Positions 1 to 9,286 of a stretch of 61,259 nt of DNA are shown here, in pieces (the stretch's first letter is position 1; each line of letters opens with the position of its first letter). This DNA comes from Candidatus Firestoneibacteriota bacterium (GTDB taxonomy: Bacteria > Oederibacteriota > D2-FULL-39-29 > JBDRBU01). Under the pieces are notes generated by a model. It was not told the DNA's origin and did not search any database. It saw nothing but the letters and a program-made list of their open reading frames with translations. A program made the position numbers and the translations under genes. The stretch lies in the NCBI GenBank assembly GCA_043822305.1, contig JBDRBU010000100.1, forward strand, positions 1-61,259, given 5' to 3'.

Positions 1-78
1 GATCCTGAGGAATTCAAAAAAGAATATGGATTGTTACAACAAGTAGAAAAAAACAAATCGGTACAAAAAGGAGAATAA
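1..78 (+). CDS. 3' end of an unidentified CDS cut by the window edge
   Basis: Frame 1 is open from nt 1 to TAA at 76-78 (..DPEEFKKEYGLLQQVEKNKSVQKGE*). No recognisable domain. Confidence 0.3.
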   Translation, partial: DPEEFKKEYGLLQQVEKNKSVQKGE

Positions 79-157
79 AATCTGTGAAACATTATATTCT
101 ATTAGCATTTTTATTCAAAAAACCTTATGGCAAAATTTCAATATAAAAAACAAACTA

Positions 158-186
158 TTGACAAAATAAGAATTTTAGTGTATAAT
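158..186 (+). promoter_or_regulatory. sigma70-type promoter of hup
   Basis: TTGACA (158-163), 17 bp spacer, TATAAT (181-186). AGGAGG RBS and ATG follow about 34 nt downstream. Confidence 0.6.
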
Positions 187-219
187 CTAAAATAAATTAA
201 ATTAAAAGGAGGTGTTTAA

Positions 220-492
220 ATGGCTAAGACAGATATAGTAGTAAAAATTGCTGATATTGCTAAGATCAACAAGGCAGAAGCAGGAAGGGCCCTGGATGGT
301 TTGGTTTCGTATATAATTGCTGAGCTAAGGGCTGGGCAGAAAGTCAAGGTTGCAGGTTTGGGAACATTTGTAGTCAGGGATAGGGCAGCAAGAAAGGCAA
401 GGAATCCGAAGACAGGCGCAATAGTTGATGTTCCTGCAAAGAAAACAGTAAAGCTCAGAGTAAGTAAGTCTTTGAAACAGTCAGTACTGTAA
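220..492 (+). CDS. hup: HU/IHF-family DNA-binding protein
   Basis: 90 aa. HU signature ..GLGTFVVRDRAARKARNPKTGAIVDVPAKK.. (beta-arm RNPKTG). Strong RBS. Confidence 0.92.
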   Translation: MAKTDIVVKIADIAKINKAEAGRALDGLVSYIIAELRAGQKVKVAGLGTFVVRDRAARKARNPKTGAIVDVPAKKTVKLRVSKSLKQSVL

Positions 493-517
493 AAGTTTTT
501 GAAGGATTTTGTTTTAA

Positions 518-546
518 GAAGGCCCCTGACAATGGGGCCTTCTTTC
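518..546 (+). terminator. rho-independent terminator of hup
   Basis: Perfect 9-bp stem gaaggcccc / ggggccttc with a 7-nt loop, followed by TTTC. Confidence 0.75.
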
Positions 547-581
547 TATAGTGGTCACTTAATTTCAGACCACAATATATA

Positions 582-629
582 GGGGTCAGAAACGATTAAA
601 GGAAGTCCCCATGGGACGCCCCCGACTCC
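582..629 (+). repeat. REP family C copy interrupted by a family D hairpin (nested repeat)
   Basis: ggggtcagaaacga + [ttaaaggaagtccccatgggacg] + cccccgactcc. Compare the intact copy ggggtcagagacgaccccgactac at 57138-57160. Confidence 0.6.
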
Positions 630-641
630 ATTTATAAAACA

Positions 642-664
642 CGCAGGCTAAAGCCTGCGACTAC
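642..664 (+). repeat. REP family A copy (cgcaggc-taaa-gcctgcg-ACTAC)
   Basis: 7-bp GC stem hairpin plus CTAC tail. Identical to 12624-12646, near-identical to 40737-40759, and inverted at 12450-12472. Confidence 0.8.
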
Positions 665-676
665 ATAAATACAAAC

Positions 677-2389
677 ATGCGATACAAAAAGCCTTACAAA
701 ACTATAGTTTTATTTTTAATTTTTCTTTTTGGATGTGCATCTATTCAAAAAGTGAATGAAGTAAAGGAAATAAAAGAAGTAAAATGGCCATCATATGAGG
801 CTTTTTTACATTATAGTAAAGGAATACTTTTAAGTAGAAACTGGCTTTTTGATGAAGCCATAGAAGAGTATAAAAAGGCATCGGAATGCGACCCTGATTC
901 GTTAGTCATACAAGAGGTTTTAGCCAAAGAATATTTAAAAATCGGCAAGACAGAAGAAGCAACAAAAACTTATAAAAAGATTGCTGGGGTTAAAGGTGAT
1001 ATTGATCTAAGATTGGATGTCGTTAGATTATACGTTAATCAAGACAGATTGGATGAGGCCATAAAAGAGTGTAACAATATTTTGTCATTATCGCCGAACA
1101 ATATAGACGCATGCTTTTATCTTGGTAATATATACTATAAACAGGGTAAGTACGATGAATCTATTGATTTATATAAAAAAGTAGTATCGGCTGACCCTAA
1201 ATCGGAATCTGCTTATTTTAATTTAGGGTTAGTTTTTAGTAAAAAAGGAAATTATGCTCAGGCCGAAGAATATTACTTAAAATCTATAGAAATTGATCCG
1301 GAATATACTTCACCAATTTATGCTCTTGCCCTTTTATATCAAATTCAAAATAAGCTGGATCTATCTCTAGTTCAATATAACAGATTATTAGAGATAACTC
1401 CAAATGATAGTAGAGTTTATGTTAATCTGGGTTTAATCTATAGTCAACAAAAAAAATATGATAGGGCCATAGAATGTTTTAAAAAAGCAGCTGAATTAGA
1501 ACCATTAGATACAGAGAATCTGTATAGATTATCTTTGATTTATTATCAGGAAAAGAAATTTAAAGAATCAAAAGATCTGATTAATAGATTATTAGAAATA
1601 GAACCAAATAATTATGAGGCTTATCGTCTGAAAGGTATTATTTCCTTAGAAGAGGGGAATTTAAATGATGCAACTTTTTATTTTGAAAAATTGGTTGAAT
1701 TAAACAAAAAAGATGTTTCTGGTTATTTGTATCTTGCATCTATTTGTGGTAAAAAAAAGCAATATGAGGATGTTGTTAAAATATTAGAAAAAGCAGTTTT
1801 AACTTTTACTGATAATAATGAAATTAAACTTTATCTTGGAGAAGCATATTTGGAAGTTAAGAGATACAAAGATGCGGAGAGAGTATACACAGAACTTCTT
1901 AAATCCAATCCGGAAAATGAAAAGGTTTATTATTATCTGGGTGCTCTTTATGAAAGGGAAAGTAAAGTAGAAGAATCTGTTAAATCTTTTAAAAAAGTTA
2001 TTGAGTTAAATCCTAAAAATGCCGATGCGTATAATTATATTGGTTATCTGTACGCTGATAAAAATGTTAATTTAGATGAAGCATTGGAATTAATCAGGAA
2101 GGCACTTGAGTTTGAACCTACCAATGGGGCGTATGTGGATAGTTTAGGGTGGGTATATTTTAGAAAAGGTATGCTTGATGAAGCGCTTAAAGAGTTAGAG
2201 AAGGCCTGCAAATTACTGAAAGATAAAGGAATAGAAGATGCTACGGTATATGAACATCTGGGCGATATTTATATTAAAAAAGGCATGATAGAGAAAGCAA
2301 AAGAGATGTATAATAAGTCGGTTGATTTAAATAAAGAAAACAAAAATGTAAGGGAAAAGATTAATGATATTGAGAAAGTTACTCGTTGA
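677..2389 (+). CDS. TPR-repeat lipoprotein
   Basis: 570 aa. Signal peptide with lipobox LFGC. More than 10 tandem 34-aa TPR-like units (A..Y..A...P.. pattern). Confidence 0.8.
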   Translation: MRYKKPYKTIVLFLIFLFGCASIQKVNEVKEIKEVKWPSYEAFLHYSKGILLSRNWLFDEAIEEYKKASECDPDSLVIQEVLAKEYLKIGKTEEATKTYKKIAGVKGDIDLRLDVVRLYVNQDRLDEAIKECNNILSLSPNNIDACFYLGNIYYKQGKYDESIDLYKKVVSADPKSESAYFNLGLVFSKKGNYAQAEEYYLKSIEIDPEYTSPIYALALLYQIQNKLDLSLVQYNRLLEITPNDSRVYVNLGLIYSQQKKYDRAIECFKKAAELEPLDTENLYRLSLIYYQEKKFKESKDLINRLLEIEPNNYEAYRLKGIISLEEGNLNDATFYFEKLVELNKKDVSGYLYLASICGKKKQYEDVVKILEKAVLTFTDNNEIKLYLGEAYLEVKRYKDAERVYTELLKSNPENEKVYYYLGALYERESKVEESVKSFKKVIELNPKNADAYNYIGYLYADKNVNLDEALELIRKALEFEPTNGAYVDSLGWVYFRKGMLDEALKELEKACKLLKDKGIEDATVYEHLGDIYIKKGMIEKAKEMYNKSVDLNKENKNVREKINDIEKVTR

Positions 2390-2975
2390 AAATTCCGCTC
2401 CACGGAACTCCGTAGGATGGATCTTCACCTTAGGTTGTGTGTTGTTAATAGCAGGTTGTGCTATTAAACCTCGTGGGGAGATAACAGTTTCTTCTCTTAA
2501 ATCAGAAATTTTTATTAATTTTTCGGGCGATAATTATAAATTTAAAAAGAAAGCATTAATAGCTGTTAAGTCCCCAGATAAAATTAGATTTGAAATTAAA
2601 GGATTTTGGAACGAGCCGTTTTTTATATTTGTGTATAATAATAGAAATACTAAGATTTATTTTGTAGGAGAAAATGCTTGTTATGATGGTGAAATTTTTG
2701 AAAAAGATTTTAATCCCGTAGAATTATTTTTTGGTATTAACCTGGAAAATACGGGTATAAAAGTTAATTATTCAAACTATGAAATAATTAGCGGGATAAA
2801 TTTACCGTTAAAAATAGAAGGTGTTTTTAACAATAATAAAATCCAGTTTAAATACATTAACCCACTTCTCAATATAGATATTTCAGATAAAATGTTTGAA
2901 TTTGTTGCACCCGCATCGGCTAAAATAATTTCCAAAGAAGATATGGTTAATATAATAAAGAAATGGTCAAGATAA
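2364..2975 (+). CDS. LolB-like / DUF4292-like outer-membrane lipoprotein (tentative)
   Basis: 203 aa with lipobox LIAGC. Sits directly upstream of ispE, as lolB does in the E. coli lolB-ispE arrangement. No strong motif, so the call rests on context. Confidence 0.4.
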   Translation: MILRKLLVENSAPRNSVGWIFTLGCVLLIAGCAIKPRGEITVSSLKSEIFINFSGDNYKFKKKALIAVKSPDKIRFEIKGFWNEPFFIFVYNNRNTKIYFVGENACYDGEIFEKDFNPVELFFGINLENTGIKVNYSNYEIISGINLPLKIEGVFNNNKIQFKYINPLLNIDISDKMFEFVAPASAKIISKEDMVNIIKKWSR

Positions 2976-3811
2976 TTTTAAAGTCCTTTGCTAAAGTAAA
3001 CTTGTTTTTGGAAGTCCTTAATAAGAGAAATGATGGTTATCATAACATTAGAACTGTTTATCAAACTATAAATTTGGCAGATGATATTTGCCTAGAAAAA
3101 CTCGATAAGAAAATAATTATAAAATGTGATAATGCAAAAGTTCCTTCCGGCAACAAAAACATTGTTTATAAAGCCGTAAGGAAAATTTTAAATTATAAAG
3201 GTATTACCAGCGGTGTAAAGATTGTCATAAGAAAAAGAATTCCAGTTGCTTCTGGTCTGGGAGGAGGCAGTAGTAATGCAGCCGTTGTCTTAAATGGTAT
3301 GAATAAATTATATGGGCTTAATTTATCGTTTCAAGAGCTTTCCAAGATAGCAGAAGCATTGGGTTGCGATGTACCTTTCTTTCTTAAAGGAGGAACAGCA
3401 TTAGGTGAAGGCAGGGGGGAGATACTTACTTATCTTACGCCTATTAAAAATCTTTATTTTGTCTTGGTTAAGGATGGTCATAAGTCATCAACTAAAAAAG
3501 TTTATGAAAATTTTAAAATTAAGTTGACAAAAGGAAATATATTTGATAAAAGAATAAGAAGGTTTTTAAAAGGAGGTGATGTTTTAAAAATTTTACATAA
3601 TGATTTAGAAGATGCTGCCGGTGATATATCTTCTAAAGTTGCTGAGATTAAAAGCAGATTAAGAGGATGTGGTTCATCAGGAAGTTTGATGTCTGGAAGT
3701 GGACCAACAGTTTTTGGCTTAAGCAGCACAAAGCAAGATGCATATAAAATCTATGATAAGATAAAAAATGAATATGACTGGGTGTGTATTTCAAAGTCAA
3801 TAAGGGGGTAA
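2963..3811 (+). CDS. ispE: 4-diphosphocytidyl-2-C-methyl-D-erythritol kinase
   Basis: 282 aa. GHMP kinase motif PVASGLGGGSSNAA. N-terminus KVNLFLEV..R.DGYH is typical of IspE. Confidence 0.9.
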   Translation: MVKIILKSFAKVNLFLEVLNKRNDGYHNIRTVYQTINLADDICLEKLDKKIIIKCDNAKVPSGNKNIVYKAVRKILNYKGITSGVKIVIRKRIPVASGLGGGSSNAAVVLNGMNKLYGLNLSFQELSKIAEALGCDVPFFLKGGTALGEGRGEILTYLTPIKNLYFVLVKDGHKSSTKKVYENFKIKLTKGNIFDKRIRRFLKGGDVLKILHNDLEDAAGDISSKVAEIKSRLRGCGSSGSLMSGSGPTVFGLSSTKQDAYKIYDKIKNEYDWVCISKSIRG

Positions 3812-3817
3812 AATCAG

Positions 3818-4183
3818 ATGGAAATTACAGAGGTTAGAGTACACTTGAGGAATGAAGAAAAACTTAAAGCATATGCTACAATCACTTTTGATAAGTGCTT
3901 TGTCGTTAGAGATTTGAAAATAATTCAGGGTAACAACGGTATGTTTGTGGCTATGCCCAGTAGAAAAAGACCTGATGGAACATATAAAGATATAGCCCAT
4001 CCTTTAGATAATGATACGAGAAAAATGATTGAAAGTAAAATCCTGGAGGCTTATAAAGTAGAATTGGTTAAACTTCAAGATCAAGTTAATAAGGTTGATG
4101 AAGCAACTGTTATTAGGACACAGGATATAAGCGAGAAGTTGTCTGATATCGAAAAATCAATAGAAAATAAAATATCTGGATAG
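3818..4183 (+). CDS. spoVG: septation protein SpoVG with a C-terminal extension
   Basis: MEITEVRVHL..KLKAYATITFD..FVVRDLKII.G..G.FVAMPSRK..DG.YKDIAHP is the SpoVG core. About 35 extra acidic C-terminal residues. Confidence 0.9.
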   Translation: MEITEVRVHLRNEEKLKAYATITFDKCFVVRDLKIIQGNNGMFVAMPSRKRPDGTYKDIAHPLDNDTRKMIESKILEAYKVELVKLQDQVNKVDEATVIRTQDISEKLSDIEKSIENKISG

Positions 4184-4184
4184 A

Positions 4185-5516
4185 TTATCGTCCCATATGA
4201 AATGGGACGCTACTATTCTTTTCTTTAAATAAAATAAATAATAATCCTAAGAAGAGTATGAAATGTCCAATAAACATTCCAGAATAACTTTGTAATTCTT
4301 TGTTTAAACCGGTACAAGTAAATAAGGCCGAGATAACCAAGATATATTTAAGTATTTTTTGATTAGTTTTATCAATACCTTTTGAGAAAATGTAATTTAC
4401 TGAAACATAGTATGCAAATAGCACACTAACATAGTGATTAAGCCAGGAAGATGGTGATATAAATAAAATCAGTAAAAAGACTATAGCAAATTCGAATTTT
4501 AATAGGGTTGGATTCTTTTTAAAACTGTTTGTAAAGGCTAAGGCACATACTGTAAGTAATGAAATTTTTATTATGGTTGAGATGTTCTTAGCTTGATTAA
4601 TTGTTAAAAATGCAGGGTCAATAAAATTATGGAATTTACCAAGTAGTTTATCTGCGTAAGTTATTTTCCCGAAATCAGAGAAATGTCTAACGATGAAACC
4701 ATCTAAAGATTGATTAGAGTGTCCGTAGTATACTGTTTCTCTAATATATATATCATTTTTAAAGAATGGCAAAAACACTTGATGGACAAAGTCTTTTAAA
4801 AATATAAGGTTTTTATCAAGACCATAATAACAGGATGGAATGATTAAGAAGAATAAAATTAAGCCAATAATGGTACCAGGTAATATTTTAAAGTTTCTTT
4901 TATATAGAAAATAAAGTAATAATAATAACGGGGTTACTTTTATTGAAATTGCAAAACTTAAGCATAAACCACTTAAAAAATCGTCCCACGGGGACTTCCT
5001 TCGGTCGTCCTTTTGTATAAAGAAATACAAACTTAAGACGCTAAAGAAGAAAACCAAAATATTGCTTTGGCCTAACCACAGGTTGTCTGAAATGATGACC
5101 AGAGCCACTATGAAAACAGGTATTATAAATTTATTTTCTGAAAAGTTTATATTATTTAGTACATTTATATTGTTTTCTTCTTTATAATTCAGGATTCTTT
5201 TTATTAGTATTACTGTTATGGTTAAAAGGGATATATTAAAAATATCCCAGAGGAGTAAGGCTACTTTACTTGTAAATTGTGCAAAAAAAGACATAACACA
5301 GTAAAAGAAAGGTGGATAAGAGAAAGCTATATATTTATTGTAAAGGTCATCGTTTGCATACAGAATTTTTCTTGTAATCATCCAAAAAGGATAAAAATCA
5401 ACAGAATGTCGGGTTAAGGTGTAGATTAAGATTATTGAAAAGTAAATACCAAAATAAAGTGTACTTTTCTTTTTGAGAAGTTCTTTGAAATCTTTTAGCA
5501 TATATTGATTATACAA
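4185..5516 (-). CDS. GT-C fold membrane glycosyltransferase (DUF2029/GT87-like)
   Basis: 443 aa, more than 10 predicted TM segments, FSYPPFFY motif in the first loop. The only minus-strand gene in the window. Confidence 0.6.
   Translation of the reverse strand: MYNQYMLKDFKELLKKKSTLYFGIYFSIILIYTLTRHSVDFYPFWMITRKILYANDDLYNKYIAFSYPPFFYCVMSFFAQFTSKVALLLWDIFNISLLTITVILIKRILNYKEENNINVLNNINFSENKFIIPVFIVALVIISDNLWLGQSNILVFFFSVLSLYFFIQKDDRRKSPWDDFLSGLCLSFAISIKVTPLLLLLYFLYKRNFKILPGTIIGLILFFLIIPSCYYGLDKNLIFLKDFVHQVFLPFFKNDIYIRETVYYGHSNQSLDGFIVRHFSDFGKITYADKLLGKFHNFIDPAFLTINQAKNISTIIKISLLTVCALAFTNSFKKNPTLLKFEFAIVFLLILFISPSSWLNHYVSVLFAYYVSVNYIFSKGIDKTNQKILKYILVISALFTCTGLNKELQSYSGMFIGHFILFLGLLFILFKEKNSSVPFHMGR
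4189..4213 (+). repeat. REP family B copy (cgtcccat-atgaa-atgggacg-CTAC)
   Basis: 8-bp stem hairpin plus CTAC tail. 24/25 identical to 35960-35984. Overlaps the last codons of the minus-strand GT gene. Confidence 0.8.
4981..5009 (-). repeat. Family D 29-mer inside the GT CDS (translated DDRRKSPWDD)
   Basis: Its reverse complement gacgaccgaaggaagtccccgtgggacga matches the pheT copy near 59531-59560 at 27/29 nt, in the same reading frame. Confidence 0.7.
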
Positions 5517-5529
5517 AAAAATAATTAAC

Positions 5530-5558
5530 TTGACAATAGAAAAAAAATAATATATTAT
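5530..5558 (+). promoter_or_regulatory. candidate promoter of rho
   Basis: TTGACA (5530-5535), 17 bp spacer, TATTAT (5553-5558). About 140-nt leader before the rho ATG. Confidence 0.4.
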
Positions 5559-5702
5559 ATATGTAAATAAAATTCCGTGAAACCTTGAATATATAATGTA
5601 TTAACCATTCCATAAACAAAACAGTCAAAAAATTTCAAGATTTTAAATTCTTAATATTAAAAAATTATTATAAATGAATTTCAGTATCAGGAGGTAAGCA
5701 AG

Positions 5703-6956
5703 ATGGATATAGTAGAATTAAAGAAAAAGAAAATATCGGAATTAGTAGAAATAGCGCATAGTATGAATACGGAAGGAGCCAGAGGGTTGAAAAAACAGGA
5801 TTTGATATTTAAGATACTACAGGTTCAGGCAGAGAAAGAAGGTTTGTCATTTAAGGATGGTGTTTTAGAAATTTTACCAGATGGTTTTGGGTTTTTAAGG
5901 TCATCAAACTATAATTATTTACCAAGCCCAGATGATATTTATGTTTCGCCATCTCAGATAAGAAAATTTGATTTAAAAACAGGTGATGTTGTTTCAGGGC
6001 AGGCCAGGCCGCCAAAAGATGCTGAAAGATATTTTGCATTACTTAAAATAGAGGCAGTTAATTCTGAATCACCTGAAATAGCGAAAACAAGAATACTTTT
6101 TGATAATTTAACTCCACTATATCCAAGTAGAAAAATAAAACTAGAAGGAGACTCTCAGGAAGTTTCTATGAGGATTATGGATTTAATCACTCCTCTTGGA
6201 AAAGGGCAGAGAGGATTAATAGTTTCACCACCTAAAGCAGGCAAAACAATATTACTTCAAAAGATAGCGAATAGCATTATAGCTAATCATCCTGAAATTA
6301 TACTGATAATACTTTTGATTGATGAGCGGCCAGAAGAGGTTACAGACATGCAAAGGTCGGTTAAAGCAGAAGTAATAAGTTCTACATTTGATGAGTCAGC
6401 AGAAAGACATGTTCAGGTATCGGAGATGGTCTTAGAAAAAGCAAAGAGATTAGTCGAGTATAAAAATGATGTTGTTATACTACTTGATAGTATAACAAGA
6501 TTAGGAAGGGCATACAACTCTATTGTTCCTCCAAGCGGTAAGGTATTATCAGGTGGTGTTGATTCAAATGCGTTAAAAGGGCCAAAGAGATTCTTTGGTG
6601 CCGCCAGAGATATTGAAGAAGGTGGTAGTTTGACAATCATTGCTACGGCTTTAATTGAAACAGGTAGTCGTATGGATGAAGTTATATTTGAGGAGTTTAA
6701 GGGTACGGGCAATATGGAAATAGTTCTTGATAGAAGATTGGTGGATAGAAGGATATTTCCGGCTATAGATGTTAACAAATCTGGAACAAGAAAAGAGGAG
6801 TTACTTCTTACTGATGGTGATTTACAGAAAGTTTGGTTATTGAGAAGAGTTTGGAATACTATGTCATCTGAAGAAGCCATGACACGTTTATTAGATAAAC
6901 TTAAAAAGACAAAAGGTAATAAAGAGTTTTTATCGGGTATAAAAGACATAAATTAA
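5703..6956 (+). CDS. rho: transcription termination factor Rho
   Basis: 417 aa. Rho N-terminal domain, RNA-binding OB fold (GFGFLR), Walker A PPKAGKT, RecA-like core. Confidence 0.97.
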   Translation: MDIVELKKKKISELVEIAHSMNTEGARGLKKQDLIFKILQVQAEKEGLSFKDGVLEILPDGFGFLRSSNYNYLPSPDDIYVSPSQIRKFDLKTGDVVSGQARPPKDAERYFALLKIEAVNSESPEIAKTRILFDNLTPLYPSRKIKLEGDSQEVSMRIMDLITPLGKGQRGLIVSPPKAGKTILLQKIANSIIANHPEIILIILLIDERPEEVTDMQRSVKAEVISSTFDESAERHVQVSEMVLEKAKRLVEYKNDVVILLDSITRLGRAYNSIVPPSGKVLSGGVDSNALKGPKRFFGAARDIEEGGSLTIIATALIETGSRMDEVIFEEFKGTGNMEIVLDRRLVDRRIFPAIDVNKSGTRKEELLLTDGDLQKVWLLRRVWNTMSSEEAMTRLLDKLKKTKGNKEFLSGIKDIN

Positions 6957-7006
6957 AAAATGGTTCGCAAGCTCACCAGGCTGAGCGAAATCAGGAGGAG
7001 AACTAT

Positions 7007-7240
7007 ATGAAAGAGAAAATACATCCAGAGTACAAGGAAACTACAATAACCTGTACATGTGGGAATGTGGTTAAAACGAAATCAACAAAGCAAGATATAA
7101 AGGTTGAGATTTGTTCAAAATGTCATCCGTTTTATACTGGCCAGCAGAAACTTGTAGATACTGCCGGAAGAGTAGAAAAGTTTAAAAAGAGATTGAAAGG
7201 AGTGAAGAAAGTAAAAAAAGAAGAAAAAGAAAAAAAGTAA
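7007..7240 (+). CDS. rpmE: 50S ribosomal protein L31 (Zn-ribbon type) with a Lys-rich tail
   Basis: MKEKIHPEY.. with [14 protein letters not shown] motif. Confidence 0.95.
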   Translation: MKEKIHPEYKETTITCTCGNVVKTKSTKQDIKVEICSKCHPFYTGQQKLVDTAGRVEKFKKRLKGVKKVKKEEKEKK

Positions 7241-7276
7241 AAAAAGTGTAAAAGTTTACTGAAGTCTGTCAACTAC

Positions 7277-7316
7277 GAGATTGTCATGGTCGCCTCAGTC
7301 GACCTCGCATGATACA
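7277..7316 (+). repeat. Repeat family F copy
   Basis: gagattgtcatggtcgcctcagtcgacctcgcatgataca aligns with 27998-28036 (gagattgccgcggtcgccttaagcgacctcgccatgaca). Central ggtcg(c)/(g)cgacc hairpin. Confidence 0.65.
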
Positions 7317-7333
7317 ATGGGTATAAATAAAAT

Positions 7334-8386
7334 ATGACTGTTATTGAAAAATTGCAGAAGATAGAAGAGAAATATAACAATTTAACAAATCTATTATCTG
7401 ATCCTAATGTTTTAAGTGATAAGACTAATTATCAGAAGATTGTTAGGGAGATTTCATCTTATAGTACTTTGGTCCAGAAATTCTCTGAGTATAAGAAGGT
7501 ATTAGATGATTTAAGGAGTGCTAAAGAACTTTTAAATGGTGATGATTCTGAAATGATTTTGTTAGCCAAAACGGAAATAGAAAACTTAGAACTTAAAAAG
7601 AATAATTTGGTGAAAGAAATTGAAATACTTATGTTACCAAAAGATCCTAACGATGATAAAAATATTATAGTGGAAATACGTGCCGGCACAGGTGGGGAAG
7701 AAGCATCATTATTTGCTGCAGATTTATTTAGAATGTATAGTCGATATGCTGAATCATTAAAATGGAAGGTCGAAATTATCAGTTCAAATCCAACAGGTCT
7801 GGGAGGTTTTAAGGAAATAATATTCTCCATAGAAGGTAAGGGAGCATATAGCAAGTTGAAACATGAGAGTGGAGTACATAGAGTTCAAAGAATTCCTGTT
7901 ACAGAAAGTTCGGGTAGAATTCATACTTCTACTTCCACTGTAGCCGTTTTACCGGAAGCAGAAGATATTGAAGTTGAGATAAAACCTGATGATTTAAAAA
8001 TAGATGTTTTTTGCTCTTCAGGAGCTGGGGGACAAAGTGTAAACACTACATATTCAGCAGTTAGAATTACGCATATCCCAACAGGGATTGTTGTCTCATG
8101 CCAGGATGAAAGGTCCCAGTTTAAAAATAAAGGGAAAGCATTAAAAGTTCTTAAGGCAAAATTACTTAATTTAAGTATTATGGAACAACAAAAAAAAATA
8201 TCTAAAGAGAGAAATATGCAGATTGGTTCAGCAGAAAGAAGTGAAAAAATAAAGACATATAACTTTCCTCAAAACAGGGTAACAGACCATAGAATAGGTT
8301 TATCTTTATACAACTTATCCAATATACTCGATGGAGAATTGGAACCTCTTTTAAAGCAAACAATTACAGATAAAGAGGAGCAATAA
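7334..8386 (+). CDS. prfA: peptide chain release factor 1
   Basis: 350 aa. GGQ motif ([11 protein letters not shown]) and RF1-type PVT tripeptide. Confidence 0.96.
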   Translation: MTVIEKLQKIEEKYNNLTNLLSDPNVLSDKTNYQKIVREISSYSTLVQKFSEYKKVLDDLRSAKELLNGDDSEMILLAKTEIENLELKKNNLVKEIEILMLPKDPNDDKNIIVEIRAGTGGEEASLFAADLFRMYSRYAESLKWKVEIISSNPTGLGGFKEIIFSIEGKGAYSKLKHESGVHRVQRIPVTESSGRIHTSTSTVAVLPEAEDIEVEIKPDDLKIDVFCSSGAGGQSVNTTYSAVRITHIPTGIVVSCQDERSQFKNKGKALKVLKAKLLNLSIMEQQKKISKERNMQIGSAERSEKIKTYNFPQNRVTDHRIGLSLYNLSNILDGELEPLLKQTITDKEEQ

Positions 8387-9250
8387 ATGACCCGAATAGA
8401 GTTATTGAATTTTGGAACAAATATACTTAATAGGTTTAAGATCAAAGAATCAAGACTTGACTCAGAATTAATTTTATGTAAAGCCTTAAGTTTAAAAAAA
8501 TTACAGCTATATATGAGTTTTAAAAAGTTAGTAAGTCTATATGAGTTTTTAATTTTTGGTAATTACTTAAGAAGACGAATAAAATTTGAGCCAATTTCTT
8601 ATATTTTAGGATATAAGGAATTTATTGGATACATTTTTAAAGTAGATAAAAGAGCTTTAATACCAAGGCCAGAAACAGAGATATTAGTTGAGAGCTGCCT
8701 AAGTTTAATAAAATCCAATCCTAAGGAGTATAAAATAGTTGATGTGGGAACAGGTTGTGGTAATATGGCCATTAGTCTGGCCAAGAACTTAAATAATGTT
8801 AAGATTTATGCAACTGATATTTCGTTGGAAACATTGGAGTTAGCCAGAGAGAATGCTAAGTTGAATAATGTTAACGAGAAAATAGTTTTTTTATGCGGTA
8901 ATTTATTAGAACCACTTCATAAGAAAGAAAAATTTAATTTTATAATTTCAAATCCTCCCTATATAAAGGCAGAAGAGATAAACAATTTGCCTCGTGAGGT
9001 GAGAAAATTTGAACCAAATATTGCGTTAAATGGAGGGAATGACGGTTTAAAATTTTACAAAGAAATAATAAGAACCGCTTTAAAGTTACTTGAGGATGGA
9101 GGATATTTAGCTTTTGAAATAGGATTTGCTCAAATTGATAAAGTTAAAAAACTGTTTGATAAAAGCGGCCAATTTACAATTATAAATGTTATAAAAGATT
9201 ATTCAGGTATTGATAGAGTTATAATAGCTGAAAGAAAGTGGAGGAAGTAA
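8387..9250 (+). CDS. prmC: release-factor glutamine N5-methyltransferase
   Basis: 287 aa. SAM motif VDVGTGCG, NPPY motif (IISNPPYI). Directly follows prfA. Confidence 0.92.
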   Translation: MTRIELLNFGTNILNRFKIKESRLDSELILCKALSLKKLQLYMSFKKLVSLYEFLIFGNYLRRRIKFEPISYILGYKEFIGYIFKVDKRALIPRPETEILVESCLSLIKSNPKEYKIVDVGTGCGNMAISLAKNLNNVKIYATDISLETLELARENAKLNNVNEKIVFLCGNLLEPLHKKEKFNFIISNPPYIKAEEINNLPREVRKFEPNIALNGGNDGLKFYKEIIRTALKLLEDGGYLAFEIGFAQIDKVKKLFDKSGQFTIINVIKDYSGIDRVIIAERKWRK

Positions 9251-9286
9251 AGAAAGTAAGGAAAGTGAAGTAAGAAAAGAAAAAAT

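Noticed and set aside
6413-6949. 178-aa minus-strand ORF antisense to rho. Similar antisense ORFs occur at 7459-7854, 9199-9519, 11121-11423, 14501-14992, 17232-17630, 20099-20488, 24030-24359 and 39698-40132, among others.
   Set aside because: Each lies wholly inside a confidently identified + strand gene. They have low-complexity Ser/Leu/Ile/Phe-rich translations typical of shadow ORFs in AT-rich DNA. None has an RBS or a recognisable motif.
6957-7006. GC-rich hairpin after rho (ttcgcaagctcaccaggctgagcgaa) as an intrinsic terminator or a repeat-family member
   Set aside because: No U-tract follows it and I found no second copy in the window. It may belong to a family represented elsewhere in the genome, but this window cannot support that.
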